A DNA stretch of 64,000 nt from Adineta vaga (Eukaryota; Animalia; Rotifera), in NCBI GenBank assembly GCA_021613535.1, contig CP075493.1:17050001-17114000 (forward strand). Direction: 5' to 3'. Below, piece after piece: positions 14,556 through 27,490 of this stretch (position 1 is the first letter of the stretch; every line of letters begins with the position of its first letter). The position numbers and the translations under genes were made by a program. The notes under the pieces were generated by a model. The model was not told where the DNA came from and did no database searches. It was given only the letters and a program-made list of their open reading frames with translations.

Positions 14556-15065
14556 GGATAGGTGAGTGTAGGTAATCTTATCTTTCTTCACCCGTACCCT
14601 CAAAACCAGTTGAAGAGAATTGTCTTTCTCTGGTTAATTTATGAATAGCGTCGATATTCATCCATAAATGTTTTTCAAGTTCATCAGCTTTATTTGTTGC
14701 TATTGGTATTGAAGTTCCATTGTAACTATTAGTATCACCAGGATTAGCAAATTGATCTTTCATAGATTTATGTTTCTTTTATAAAGGCTCTAAAACTATT
14801 ACAGTGTTATTGATTAAATCCTAGTATCTCGTTTGATCGTTCATGTATATAAAGGTGTACCACATGGTTAGAATGCGTCGTATCGAAGTTACTAATTTCG
14901 ATATAACATATAAGAGTTCAGTTCAAAGTAGAATACCTGAATTTGAACTGAACTCTAATCCATTCTCCGATTTATACATGAAAAAGAAGAACAATGTTCT
15001 ATGGTGAAAAATAAAAGTTTTACTGTCAATTAGGAAACATGTAATAGGCAAGTGGTCTGTGCATT

Positions 15066-17150
15066 TCACAGAGCCTGTTTGACCTGTATGACGTATTTGC
15101 TTGGTCTGTCACAGGTTTCAAAATAACGGTCTGTGCTTGTCGTAGGCAGGCAGGCGTCATGACTTGTTTGAATCTCTTTTTTATCCTCATTTTGATCTTT
15201 CCAAGGTATCACATGTCCATCCTCTTTTTCATACATATTAAGATCACCAATGTATATGGAAATGAGCTTTGATTCGTCCAATGCTTTATGTGCTTGTTGC
15301 ACTGCTTTGTGATATTCTTCAGTATTTCGTTGATTAGAAGGAAATGATTGATCGACTATTTTATCTGCATAACAGTAGGCTTCTTCTTTTCGTCCCAATG
15401 TTTGTAATGATAAAGCGATAAAATAGTACGTAAACGTGATATCTGTATGTAATGATGGAAGAATAACGAGCAGAATATCAAGTGCACGATGATAATAAAT
15501 TAGAGCTTCGTCATCTTTTTCTTGTTGAGACAAAATATAAGCAATATTCTTATATCCTTCAGCAATTTTATTTTGATCTACTGGAGATAGACTTAACTGA
15601 ATATCTAAAGAACGCTTGTAATAGTCAAGAGACATGTCTAGATTGTCCTGACTAGCATAAATATTACCAATATTATCATAGCATTCACTGACAAATGAAT
15701 CTTCATGATAATGCTCTACTTGGATACAATCAACTGCTTTCTCACAATATTCGAGCGCTTGATCATATTTTTTCATCTCGTAATGTAATTTACCCATGTG
15801 ATTAAGTGCTATTGCGTTTTGTTTTGCATCTTTAATTCTTTCCAACGCTTTTTTATAGAACTCGTTAGCCTTCTCTTTTTCGTTCATATGAGACATCAAA
15901 TGTCCTAGCATGAGTAAAGGACCATTCGGATCATAGATATTTCTTTGTATGAAATTGGACAACTTTTTCATTTGAGGATCTGCATCGGATGTTAATTCTA
16001 GTTCAACTTGCCATAATCCCTTCTCTATCTGTTCAACAGATAACATTCGAAAGACGGTACCCATTGAGAACAGAAATTCACTCTCAGCTCCTTCAAAGGT
16101 ACTTTGTGTATCAGTACTTGCAACGGCAATATCTAAGTTCATTGTTGAATCTAGATGAATACACATAAAAACGGCTGTGATTTCTTCATTTCCAGAAGCA
16201 AACATTCGAGCAACATTGTGATCACCAGTAGTAGAAAGAAAATTCGAAATAGAAACAAGTCCACCTACATTTGATGCAAAGCGTTCAAATGTATCGTTCG
16301 GCATGCTAAGACCACGAAAAAGAACAGAAGGAAGTGTGAGTTCGGATTGTTGAGCAAGACTACGAAGTTGCTGATCGAGATGTCGTATAACAACTCGCAT
16401 AGCATAGATAGCATCAATCTCCAGCGTTCTTAATGCTTTATTAAGCATTCTGTATAGAAATGAATCACGTGTGTACCATTCGATACTATTTTCTGCACAA
16501 TATTCTCGCTCGAAGTCACCAATTTTCTTTAGTTCACTAACATTACCTTCATAAATTGTTCGACAATATACAAGCATATCATTCATATCTGTATCTGTCA
16601 TTTGAAGAATAATGTTCTTTATTATTTGAGTGTACATGAAACTTGATTCTTGCTTATTTTTTAGTTCTACACTTGTGGTTGTTTGATTTTGAGCAAATTC
16701 GAAACCAATCATATTTCTATCTGCTTGAGATATACTATCTTTTAATACTGCATTCATTGATTCAATATTTGTGAAGATACCCTGTACTTTGCGATAATAA
16801 TTTATTTTCTGTTGTTGTGTTTCTTTGTCAAGGTTCAAAATAAATATTGATTCGACTTGAACATATGAGTGAAGTTGCAGAATATTCTGTTCATCAAATA
16901 ATTCCGAAATAATAATAAAGATTTTTTCATGTTTGATTGTACTAATAAACTGAATACAGTCATCGATATTAAAAAAAGTATAAATATCATTTATAATTCG
17001 TTGTAATTCTTTTTCTTCAGCATCTTCTATTGGCCTACCAAGCCATACAAGAACAAAATTTTCTACATTAAATCGGTAACGTTCACGAATTGAAGCAGAA
17101 GACTGTACGATCTGTTCATTCGATTGCTGTACATTCTTTTCATTCAGCAT
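15066..17150 (-). CDS. ADP-ribosyltransferase (R-S-E type) + TPR repeat protein, intronless
   Basis: WYTRDSFLYRMLNKALR, LFRG, FLSTT and ESEFLF catalytic motifs followed by TPRs; 694 aa. Confidence 0.85.
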   Translation of the reverse strand: MLNEKNVQQSNEQIVQSSASIRERYRFNVENFVLVWLGRPIEDAEEKELQRIINDIYTFFNIDDCIQFISTIKHEKIFIIISELFDEQNILQLHSYVQVESIFILNLDKETQQQKINYYRKVQGIFTNIESMNAVLKDSISQADRNMIGFEFAQNQTTTSVELKNKQESSFMYTQIIKNIILQMTDTDMNDMLVYCRTIYEGNVSELKKIGDFEREYCAENSIEWYTRDSFLYRMLNKALRTLEIDAIYAMRVVIRHLDQQLRSLAQQSELTLPSVLFRGLSMPNDTFERFASNVGGLVSISNFLSTTGDHNVARMFASGNEEITAVFMCIHLDSTMNLDIAVASTDTQSTFEGAESEFLFSMGTVFRMLSVEQIEKGLWQVELELTSDADPQMKKLSNFIQRNIYDPNGPLLMLGHLMSHMNEKEKANEFYKKALERIKDAKQNAIALNHMGKLHYEMKKYDQALEYCEKAVDCIQVEHYHEDSFVSECYDNIGNIYASQDNLDMSLDYYKRSLDIQLSLSPVDQNKIAEGYKNIAYILSQQEKDDEALIYYHRALDILLVILPSLHTDITFTYYFIALSLQTLGRKEEAYCYADKIVDQSFPSNQRNTEEYHKAVQQAHKALDESKLISIYIGDLNMYEKEDGHVIPWKDQNEDKKEIQTSHDACLPTTSTDRYFETCDRPSKYVIQVKQAL

Positions 17151-17597
17151 CTATCTATATATATAAAGAAGACAGTCTGTCTGTCTGTTCGTTATGCATT
17201 CAGTCCCTGTAATAGCTAGGGTGTGGGTGTGGGTGTGGATTTAAAAGGAACAGAGCTATATGTCGTCTGCTTAGCGAGACAAGACCAGTATGAAAGAATC
17301 AATGAAGAGATGTAAAAAGTTCTGAAAAAAGAGACCTGGTGCATGACGCGAAAAGGGATATAGGAGGTACCCCAGTACGGAGGAGAAAGACGTGTGGAAG
17401 ACAGGTAACGCGAACTGAGTGACGATCTGAAGGCTTACATTAACACTAGCTAAGGCAGGACGGGAAAGGAAGGTGTAAGGATTTTTTGATACACGAAGGG
17501 TAAATACCAATGGAGAGGTCCGGTGGGTGATGAGAAGAGCACTGTTGTAGATGAAAAACTGAAATTGCGTCCTCTTTGCAGCGGGTATCTCCGCTAG
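17150..17597 (+). mobile_element. Non-autonomous Helitron
   Basis: 5' TCTATCTATATATATAAAG plus (CTGT)n; 3' GC hairpin AGCGG-GTATCT-CCGCT and terminal CTAG; inserted between A and T with no TSD. Confidence 0.7.
17218..17238 (+). repeat. One-armed telomeric tract D inside the Helitron
   Basis: AGGGTGTGGGTGTGGGTGTGG. Confidence 0.8.
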
Positions 17598-17906
17598 TAT
17601 TTAATAAACAACAGAAATCTCATTCGAAATAATCATGAAATTCAGTTGTCTTGTTTACTTTATAAGTTTAATTTTTACATATGTGGAGAAAAGAATGTGC
17701 CAGAAAAATAAAAAACGAAAAAAAGTCTCATGACACATTTATAAAAACTACCATGTGTACACAACGCATGTGATGGCGTTTGTAGTGATTTTTTCGCAGT
17801 AACGTCATTACTGAGTCGCACTACAACTCATAAAAAGATGTTTAATGATAAGAATTAAAACATCGTCGTTTAACTGCAGTAGTGTCAAACTTGAAACCTG
17901 AATTCA

Positions 17907-18080
17907 ATGGAATATCCTCGAATTTTCAACGTAAAATACTGCACACTCGTTGAGATATTGAATTGTAAAAGAATTATTTGTTTCATTCAACACGTAACAC
18001 AGAATAATGATTAATTTGAGAATTCAATGTCTCAACGAGGGTACAGTATTTTACGCTGGAAATCTCAGGATACACTATTG
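17907..18080. repeat. Imperfect inverted repeat of about 60 bp (degenerate MITE)
   Basis: cgtaaaatactgcacactcgttgagatattgaatt versus aattcaatgtctcaacgagggtacagtattttacg. Confidence 0.6.
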
Positions 18081-18750
18081 ATGGTTAGGCCTACTTATGA
18101 GAAAATTTTCAGTTAAAATTCCTCTTTTTTGACTTTACTCCACATCACAAAAACTGTCAAAAATTCAGTAAAGACCACATAACTCGGTCCCAAAGCCCTG
18201 GCGACCTAAATACTCTTAGGAATATGCTAGCCTTAAGAGTTCCTACATATGATCAAAATATCAACTCAAAAGCGGCTGAACAGTTAGTACCGCTCCCTCG
18301 TGAGCATCAAAATAGATCAAATGAGACGAGATCTAATTAAATAAGTATTCTCACATCCTCTCATTCCTCAAAAACAAATCTCCATGTAGTTATGATGATA
18401 AATACAGTCGAAAAAATATCAGTCTATCTATATATATGTCATGCCGAAATGTACAAATAATGGTCGCATAGTAAATACATTTTATATGATAGTGAATCGT
18501 ATTCAATTTGGCATTAACTTCTGAGAAAATACTGACTATTTTAGAACATCGAAAAAGCTACTCAGCATGTGGTCATCTATTGAAATTTTGTTCTTTCAAT
18601 TTTTGTTCTTGATTATTTGTATTTGAAAATAAATAAACTTATTTGATAAGCCTAATTATACACAAGAAAAAGAAGATTAATGATAAGATTGTTTCAAAAT
18701 AGTTTCTCACAGTGAAAGATATTCATTGTTGAAATTACAATCTTACAGAG

Positions 18751-19987
18751 TATGGCATATTCGATTTCATTACCTGCAAGAGTAAGTAAATGAACATTTG
18801 TTGAGAAGGAAATGGAATATTTTCATATAGATAACTACTGCTTTATCTGTAACAGCATCTTCAGAAACGTTAGTATCAACAACAGCTAGTGATAATATCA
18901 AATTCAAAAATGATTTCATTTCCAAAATATCGACAATGAGAAATGAATCATTGAATAATCCTGTTCTTACATTAGAACGATATGATGAAACAGTTAAAGT
19001 AATTCGAAGAGAAATGATAAAGAAATGTCATTATTAAAAACTTACGATGTAATTAATCTTGGTAATCAAGATAAATCAGTTAAGAAAATTTATGAAAGAG
19101 AAGATACTACAATTAAATATTATGTTCCGCTAAGTGAAATTTATGATGTAATTAGAATTGCTCATTCAAATATAAGTCATCATGGTATGAAATATACTTT
19201 AAAAGAAATTAAGAGACGATGTGCGAATGTTACTGGAAAACAAGTTAAATTATTTATTTCTAATTGTGAAGAATGCAAAATGAAACGTTCTAAACCTAGA
19301 AACTCATCAAAATTAGTGATAAATCCGATTCTTTCAAATTATTTTATTAATTCTCGTGGTCAGGTTGACCTTATTGACATGCAATCGTACCCCGACGGAC
19401 CGTTTAAGTTTATATTGAATTATCAAGATCATTTTACGAAATTATGTGTTTTACGACCTCTTAAAAAAAAAACAACAGCAGAAGTCGCTTAGCATTTATT
19501 AAATATTTTTGCGATATTTGGTGCACCACTTATCTTACAGTCAGATAATGGAAGAGAATTTACCGCTCATGTCATTGAAGATCGTCAATAGCAAACCACG
19601 ACATTCACAGTCGCAGGGATCTGTCGAGAGATGTGATCAAGACACGAAACAGTTGTTAGGTATGTCAGAATGACATAGTTAATGCGCAATATTTTATTTT
19701 GCTATTTAGGAACATGGATCCGTGAAAATAATTCCACAAGATGGTCTGAAGAAATGGGCTTTGTACAGTTTCAAAAAAAAATTTGTATCCATCGAGAATT
19801 AAATAATAGTCCATATTCCGTTTTATTTGGGAACGAACCAAAATTAGATTTATCCTCAACATCTTTACATCCATTTGTATTTAATAATATAAGAACAGAA
19901 GAAGAATTAAATATTGTTCTTAATAGGACACGTGATAGTGATTCTAAAGTTTCTGATGATTTACAAGCGACAAAAGGGTATTACTAA
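18751..19987 (+). mobile_element. Degraded KRBA2/SCAND3-like DDE integrase (Ginger-type DNA transposon)
   Basis: HHCC zinc motif, RGQVDLIDMQ, YQDHFTK, FGAPLILQSDNGREF, PRHSQSQGSVER. In-frame stop and frameshifts. 3' part ends near half-junction E. Confidence 0.8.
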
Positions 19988-20046
19988 TTTATGCAAACAG
20001 CACAAACATCCAACTCTTTAAGAACGCGCATAACTTCTGCTGACAA

Positions 20047-20064
20047 ACACTCACACCCTCAAGA
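20047..20064 (-). repeat. Half junction element E
   Basis: ACACTCACACCCTCAAGA. Confidence 0.7.
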
Positions 20065-20169
20065 TGGCATAGTTGACTCGTAAGACGGTTTGACTATCAT
20101 AAGATTTTCTTCTTGGTTATATAATTATTAATCGATAATAAAGATAATAAATCGTCTTGATTAAAAATA

Positions 20170-20230
20170 TTGAGGGTGTGGGTGTGGGTACAGCATCGAT
20201 CAGACACTCACACCCACCCCTTTCTCAAGA
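20170..20230. repeat. Telomere-repeat junction element F
   Basis: TTGAGGGTGTGGGTGTGGG-TACAGCATCGATCAG-ACACTCACACCCACCCC...CTCAAGA. Confidence 0.85.
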
Positions 20231-20250
20231 TATTAGAATTTCATGTCATG

Positions 20251-21360
20251 ATAAATATTGTTTTGACTACTTTAGCTTTTTTGATTTTTTTAGTTGCAAC
20301 ATTTTAAACCACTACAAATGGTTGTGCTCGTATTCATCAAATGAAACTATTTTGGTTAAATTTTTTATTTGTTAATAAATCCATTTTTATGAGAACCACA
20401 ATTTAAAAAGCAAAGTAAAAATATTAATAAATTGCAATTTCCTCATCCATTCACAATAGAATGTAGTTAGTAAAATTATACTAAGAGAAAGTATTGAATA
20501 AAAAAACAGGATATTATTAGGTTCTCATACAAATAACACACTATTTCGTACAACTAGTAGAGATAAATAATATTATAAATAAAGAAAATAGATTTGTTCG
20601 TCTCTATCCACTAATAACTTTAGTATTTCCGTCTGGTGATGACATTATTGGTTTTGCAACTCCAAAAACAACATTAGCGTTACTCGCCATAACTCCTCTG
20701 TATGTACCGACTTGATTGTCTCTTGTTTCTTCTGTACCATCAGAATATTTAATAGTTAGGTGAGATGTAAACGGAACTTCAACCGTTCCTTCTATAACAA
20801 ACATTGATGCATCTATGGTCGAATTTGCTGGTACTAGCACTTCTAATGTATATTCGTTTGATTTTTCTTCGGTTGTTTGCGAGCCGTATGAAAATCCTAC
20901 TGTGATACTTGCACTAACTTTCACTGTGCCTTCAGCAAGTATGGGAAATCCACATTTCAATGTGGTCTCTACGCCAACCTAAAATGGAAAGTATATAGTA
21001 ACAAAAAGAAAAGGTTCATGAACTATGAATAATGCCATCAGTTCTCATAAGGCATACGCTTGATGCATATGTTTTAGTTTTTTATTCAATAGTTTTAAAA
21101 TTTCTACCGATATTTTAGTGACCTATTGTAATAGTTCATTTTAATATATATAATCGAACAAGAATCTAGTTATCTAGCAATCTCAGTCTAAAAAACGATT
21201 ATAAATGTGTGAGTGCGATGTCTCTTCAATCTTTCATTATACCAATTAAATTCTATAGTTTGAAATAATTGAGAAAAATTCTTTTAGTCTGTGAAGATTT
21301 CACTTACTGACAGTTCAGCTGAGAAAGTAAACGATTGAGTACGACTAGTTTTATAGGTAA
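20251..21360 (-). pseudogene. 5'-truncated duplicate of the aerolysin-like toxin gene (3' UTR, last exon, last intron, end of the previous exon)
   Basis: High identity to 28706-29991. Homology stops exactly at TATAGGTAA|GGGTGTGGG. Confidence 0.9.
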
Positions 21361-21403
21361 GGGTGTGGGTGAAAGTGAAGAAGATATACCCACACCCTCA
21401 AGA
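21360..21403. repeat. Telomere-repeat junction element G
   Basis: AGGGTGTGGGTG-AAAGTGAAGAAGATATA-CCCACACCCTCAAGA. Confidence 0.85.
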
Positions 21404-22070
21404 TCAAATCGAAGTTCTTCGAGGTTATTAAATACTTTACAGAATTGTTCCAAATCTTCTAAATTCTCATTAGTAAAACATCCAATACGTAATTTCTTAA
21501 TGGATTTGTTTAAATATTCGCATAATTCATCATCACGGAGATAATCTATTGATACTTTTGGATGAATCTCGAGTGATGATAACTATGATGCCGCTTTTAA
21601 TATATCTTTTAATATAGCTGAACTTTCAACCCATACATAAGACATAGTTAAATGTTTGATAGTTGATAAATTAACGATTTTAAAAAGATGTTTTGTATTT
21701 TGAGTAGTCATTTTGTAATCTTCTTGCTTTCACGGTCCAACTTCGTCTGTAATACATAATGAAATAACACTCGGAAAATGATACTGACTCTTCTGTTTCA
21801 ACATTGCAGGAAAATACGTTAAATATGTAACAAAATCGAATGTGTTTACATGTTTTATTGATTCATTTATATATTTGTTAGTTTCTCCTGTATATTGAAG
21901 GGTATCGAATGCATATGGTATTGCATAAATTGATCTTGAATCTGTAGATATAAAATAATCTGTATACCAATGATGTTTTTTGCACCAAAAATCATTCTGA
22001 AATTGATTGAAAATTTCAAAAATATTATTTAATTCTGAATCTGAATAAATGTTACTGCTTTACTAATACT
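21404..22070 (-). pseudogene. Internal fragment of an F-box/LRR-like gene bounded by junction G and half-site H (22072-22082)
   Basis: FQNDFWCKKHHWYT...IYAIPYAF and LSTIKHL...ILKAAS..LSSL motifs typical of bdelloid F-box proteins. No start codon; stops present. Confidence 0.55.
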
Positions 22071-22326
22071 GACACCCTCAAAATAAAGAACGTGATGAAA
22101 GCGAAATCCTGACAAAGGAACACAAATAGAAAAAAATCAAACTAATCATGATTTATCCACTGACGCAAATCCTATATTTGTTAACAATGGAAAAATTTCT
22201 ATTTGATTTTAAGAAAAAACACGTTCCAGTATGAATACATCAATGTCTATCAAATCATATTTTGATTCCTTTTCTAACAAATTTCTTTTTTTTTATCAAT
22301 TACTTTAAAATTATTTTCTAGACAAA

Positions 22327-25300
22327 ATGTGGAATTTAAATCATTTTATCATAATTTTCCTTCTTTTTCTCATTTTCAACAATGAAGCATTAGGTAAGTC
22401 ATTTTACCGATCACTCATATTCATTATTCTCTTTACGAAAATTGTTTAACATAAATATTTTAGCTACTTCAACTAATCAACCAAACTTATCTACAACAGC
22501 AGTTTGGGATCGTAATGGAATCACGATTGCTAACCGTTCGATTGTTGGGGACTATCCTCGAGTTATTTTTGTCGATATCAACAATACAATCTATGTCACT
22601 AATCAAGGAAAGATATTGATATGGCATAACGATAGTATCAATCCAACAAAGATCATGCCAGTAAATTTTTCAAGTTCTATGGGTTTGTTTGTAACTTTAA
22701 ATGGTAATATTTATGTTAATGACGGTTTGTTCAGTGGTCAGGTGAAGAGATGGACACTAAAGACAAACACTTCTGATATTGTCATGAATGTGTATTCATC
22801 ATGTTATAGTCTATTTGTTGATATCAATGACAATTTGTATTGTTCAATACATATGTATAATCGAGTAGTGAAAAGAGACTTGACTAGTTCTTCTATGGAA
22901 ACGATCACGGTTGCTGGAACAGGTCGTCCAGGATATGAGTCTAATGAACTTGAGAACCCAAGAGGAATCTTCGTTGATACAAATTTCGATTTATATGTTG
23001 CTGACTGTTTCAATAATCGAGTTCAATTGTTTCAATTAGGTGAAACAAATGCTATCACAGTTGCAGGACAAGGATCGGTAGATTCAGCTCTTGTCTTGTA
23101 TTGTCCAAATGATATAATATTAGATTCTGACAAATATCTATGGATTTTAGAACAAACGAATTTTCGTATAGTCAGAGAAGGACCGTATGGTTTTCGTTGT
23201 ATAATTGGATGTTACAGACAAGGCTCCCAATCCAATAGATTGGATAGTTCGTTTACTTTTGGTATGAATGGTTTTGGTAACATATTCGTTGCTGATGTAG
23301 GAAATCATCGAGTTCAAAAATTTCAATTGATAAAAATCACTCCTGGTAGGTAGACGAAAAACAATAGCTGAATAAGGTCAATGATTTTACATTGAAAAAA
23401 CATTTTTCAGAAGTTCGGTTTCTTTTTTTAATGTTTTAGCTGTTCCATTTAATCAACCGCGATTTTGTCAAACAGCAACTTGGAATCGTTACGCAATCAC
23501 AATTGCTAACCAATCGATCGTTGGAAAAGATCCTACAGTTATGTTTGTCGATACAAAAAATACAATTTATGGCGCTAATTATGAAAAGAGCGAAATTTTA
23601 ATATGGCATAACGATAGTCTCACTCCGACAAAAATCATTTCAGGTAACTTTTCACATCCATCCTCTTTGTTCGTAACATTGAATGGTGATATTTATATTG
23701 ATGATGGTGATGTGGGTAATCAAGTAAAGAGATTGAAATCAAACACAAATACTTTTGATAATGTCATGAATGTGTATTCATCATGTTATGGTCTATTTGT
23801 CGATATCAATGACAACTTGTACTGTTCAATGTTGTATCATCATCAGGTGGTGAAAAGAGACTTGAATAGTCCTTCGATGGAAATGATCACGGTAGCTGGA
23901 ACTGGTACGAAAGGATTTAATTTTAGTGAACTTAATGGTCCACTTGGAATCTTTGTTGATATAAACTTGGACATATTTGTGGCAGATTGCTCGAATCATC
24001 GAATTCAGTTGTTTCAATCAGGTGAAAAAAATGCTAAAATAATTGTAGGATTTGACTTCGCACTATCATTAGTAAAGGATATTTCATTGAGTTATCCAAG
24101 CCATGTAATACTAGATTCTGACAAATATTTATTTATTGTGGATCGTGCGAATTCACGTATAGTTGGAGATGGACCACATGGTTTTCGATGTCTTGTTGGA
24201 TGTGATAAAGAAAGTATTCAATCCAATCAACTTAATTTGCTAACTACTGTTAGTTTTGATACTTTTGGTAACATGTTTGTTGTTAATCAAGTAATGAATC
24301 GATTCTTAAAATTTCAGTTCTTTGAAAATTCTTGTAGTAAGTAGATTTTATTATTAATAGAGTTTATCTCAAAACTTCCTCCTTGTTTAATAGCGTCTCC
24401 ATTCAATCAACCAAAATTTTGTGCAAAACCTGTTTGGGATCGAATTGGAAAGACTTTTACTACTGAAATCACACTTGGTATAAATCCTACTGCTATTTTT
24501 ATTAATGAAAAAAATTCAATTTACGCTATTAATCGAGAGAAGAAACAAATTTTAATTTGGCATAAAAATAGTACTGATCCATCAATGATCATTTCTACTG
24601 ATTTCTATAATATATCTTCGCTATTTGTTTCATTAAATGATGATATTTACATTGATAATGGAGTGAATGGTCGAGTAAAAAAGTGGATATCAAAAAGAAA
24701 TACATTTGTTAATGCGATGAATGTTTTCTCACCTTGTGTTAGTTTATTTGTCGATAGAAATGATTATTTATATTGTTCAATGTCTAATTTTCATCAAATT
24801 ATCAAAATATATATGCATGAACGTGCTATGACATGGATCGCCGTGGCTGGAACGGGTGAAGCAGGATTTACTTCTTTGGATCTTGATCACCCCTACGGCA
24901 TCTTTGTTGATTTAAAATTTGATTTATATGTGGCAGATTGTGGAAATAATCGAATCCAACGATATTTATCAGGAAATATAAATGGTATTACAGAAGTAGG
25001 AAGTACATCAGCACGACACACACTTGCACTTTCATGTCCAACTGAAGTTACACTCGATTATCAAGGATTTTTATTCATTGTCAATTCGAACAATCATCGT
25101 ATTCTTCGATCAGGATCCAATGGTATCCATTGTATTATTGGATGTCATCATAGTGGTTCCACATCCACTCAATTGTTATTTCCATTTAATATTGCTTTCG
25201 ATAGTTTTGGAAATCTATTTGCTGTAGATTCAGGAACTAATCGAATACTAAAGTTTCAATACTTAAAAAATTCTTGTGGTAAGTAAGACTATACACATGA

Positions 25301-27413
25301 ATTCAATACGGAGAAATCATAATAAGATTTATTTTGATTTCTGTTTCATAGATATGTCATCAATGATTAAATGGACAAATTTATCAACATTAACTAAAAA
25401 TAGTCCAATGTATTCTCAAGATTGTGATTGGCAAAGTTTTTATTATGACGCATTTCAAGTAAAAGTACCTGAAAATCGTTATTATACAATACGAAGTAAT
25501 GCTAAAATTGACACATATGGTTACCTATATGAGAATGAATTTGATCCACTTAATCCAACTGAAAATCTCCTACTAAAAGATGATGATGGTGGATATAATG
25601 GTCAATTCAAATTTGAAATTCCCCTCTATAATGATATGATATACATATTATTAGTGACTACATTTACTCCAATCACAGTTGGCGACATAGAAATTAATAT
25701 TTTCGGCTTGAAAAATGTTACTATCAAACGTCTTAGTAAGTAGATACATTATTTTATTGATTGTCAGTATGAGATCTGAAAAATATTCGAAGAGTAATGA
25801 ATAAACTTAAGATTAAAACGTTTTCATTGTAATTGAATAGCTACATCAGTAATTATTCAATCCACTTATTCATCTGAATTGACTACTAATAGTGCAAAAT
25901 ATTGTCGTGATTATAAAAAACCAAATTATTATTATGAAACATTAGAAATTAATGTTAAAAAGACAGGTTCATATGTTCTTTGGAGTAAAAGTGAAATCGA
26001 TACATATGGTTATCTTTATAAAGATGACTTTGATCCATTACAACCATTTGGTAATCTAATAACTCAACATAATGGAAAATGTAATCAAGGACAATTGAAA
26101 TTCTTTATTGACATCGAAGCAAATACAAAGTATATATTGGTTGTAACAACTTATTATTCAAATACAACAGGAAATTTTACTATTTTTATATCTGGTGAAA
26201 ATAATGTTACTGTTCAATATTTCGGTATGTATCTGATTCAATATCTTCGTACTTACATGAAAATAAATATTTTAGATTCAAAACAACGTAGTTGTTCTAT
26301 TGGAGATCGATGTCATTTCTATACGACAACTATTGGTTTACCTCTTGATGATATTTTACGTGGTGAAATTCAACCAAATGCAACATTATCTACTCAATTA
26401 GTTTCGATTCAAATAAGTGCTGGTCTAACAATCCTTATGTTCATTGGAGGATTAGTGAATAGTATTTTTTCTTATTTAACATTTAAAAATAGAGAAGTAC
26501 GACAAGTTGGATGTGGATTGTATCTTTATGCATCATCGATTACTTCTCTTCTAACAATTAGTATGTTTCTCGTCAATTTTTGGTTTGCAGTTCTCACTCA
26601 AATCAATGTATCGACAAGTTTTTCTATTCTTCATGGAGGTTGTATAATTATTGAACCTATTTTAAAACTCTTTCTCAACTGTGATACTTGGTTAAATGCT
26701 TGTATTGCTATCGAGCGGGCCATACAAGTTCTCAAAGGAATTCATTTTAACAGAAACAAGAGCAAACGTGTCGCTCGATGGATTATTTTCATTTTACCAT
26801 TTTGTATCATGGTGAGTCTTATTCACGAACCTTTGCATCGAAATATGTTTGAATATAAAACTGAAACTATCAAAGCTTATGTCAATAAAACTGAGAGTGA
26901 TTCAATAGATGTAATCAAATCAGAAAAGAATAAGAGATTAATAGAAACAATCTATCAAAGTACAACAGATCGACATGTATATGGTGTGTCATTCGTTATT
27001 CTTCTTCTGTTCAACAATACAATATTGCTATTCTATTTTTTCATCTTATTGTTCCATTTATTGCTAATTTATTTTCGGCTTTATTTATTATTTTTGGAGG
27101 TGCACGACAAAAATCAATAACAAAAACTGCTCAAACTTTTAAAGAACATGTTCATCAACAATTAAGTGAACATAAACAATTGATTATTAGTCCTATAGTA
27201 TTACTTCTTTTATCAATGCCTCGTCTAGTCATTTCAGCACTTCCTGGATGTATGAGAACATCACAAAACTTATGGGTGTATCTCACTGCTTATTTCTTGT
27301 CATTTACACCATCGATACTCATTTTTATGATCTTTGTTATACCTTCGAATCTCTACACGAAAATATTTATAAAATCTCTTACTTGCTGGCCACCTCGATC
27401 TCATCAATCTTGA
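22327..27413 (+). CDS. Class-A-like GPCR with a large ectodomain (signal peptide, 3 NHL propellers, 2 beta-sandwich repeats); frameshift near 26980
   Basis: Signal exon at 22327; three NHL exons; two YYxxxxIxV...IDTYGYLY...FDP repeats; 7TM with GLVNSIFS, CGLYL, ACIAIERA. A frameshift precedes WCVIRYS/TM5-7. Confidence 0.8.
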
Positions 27414-27447
27414 GGATTATGGAAGAGACGCACTACTCTCACCCACA
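27408..27447. repeat. Degenerate junction element I overlapping the GPCR stop codon
   Basis: TCTTGAGG...CTCTCACCCACA. Confidence 0.55.
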
Positions 27448-27490
27448 ATAAAGTTTCAATGACGTGTTTTATTTCAAAACTTTTTCCTAT

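Noticed and set aside
12200-14800. Decayed coding-like fragments (also 840-1300 and 62016-62240)
   Set aside because: Stop-riddled and no family could be recognised with confidence.
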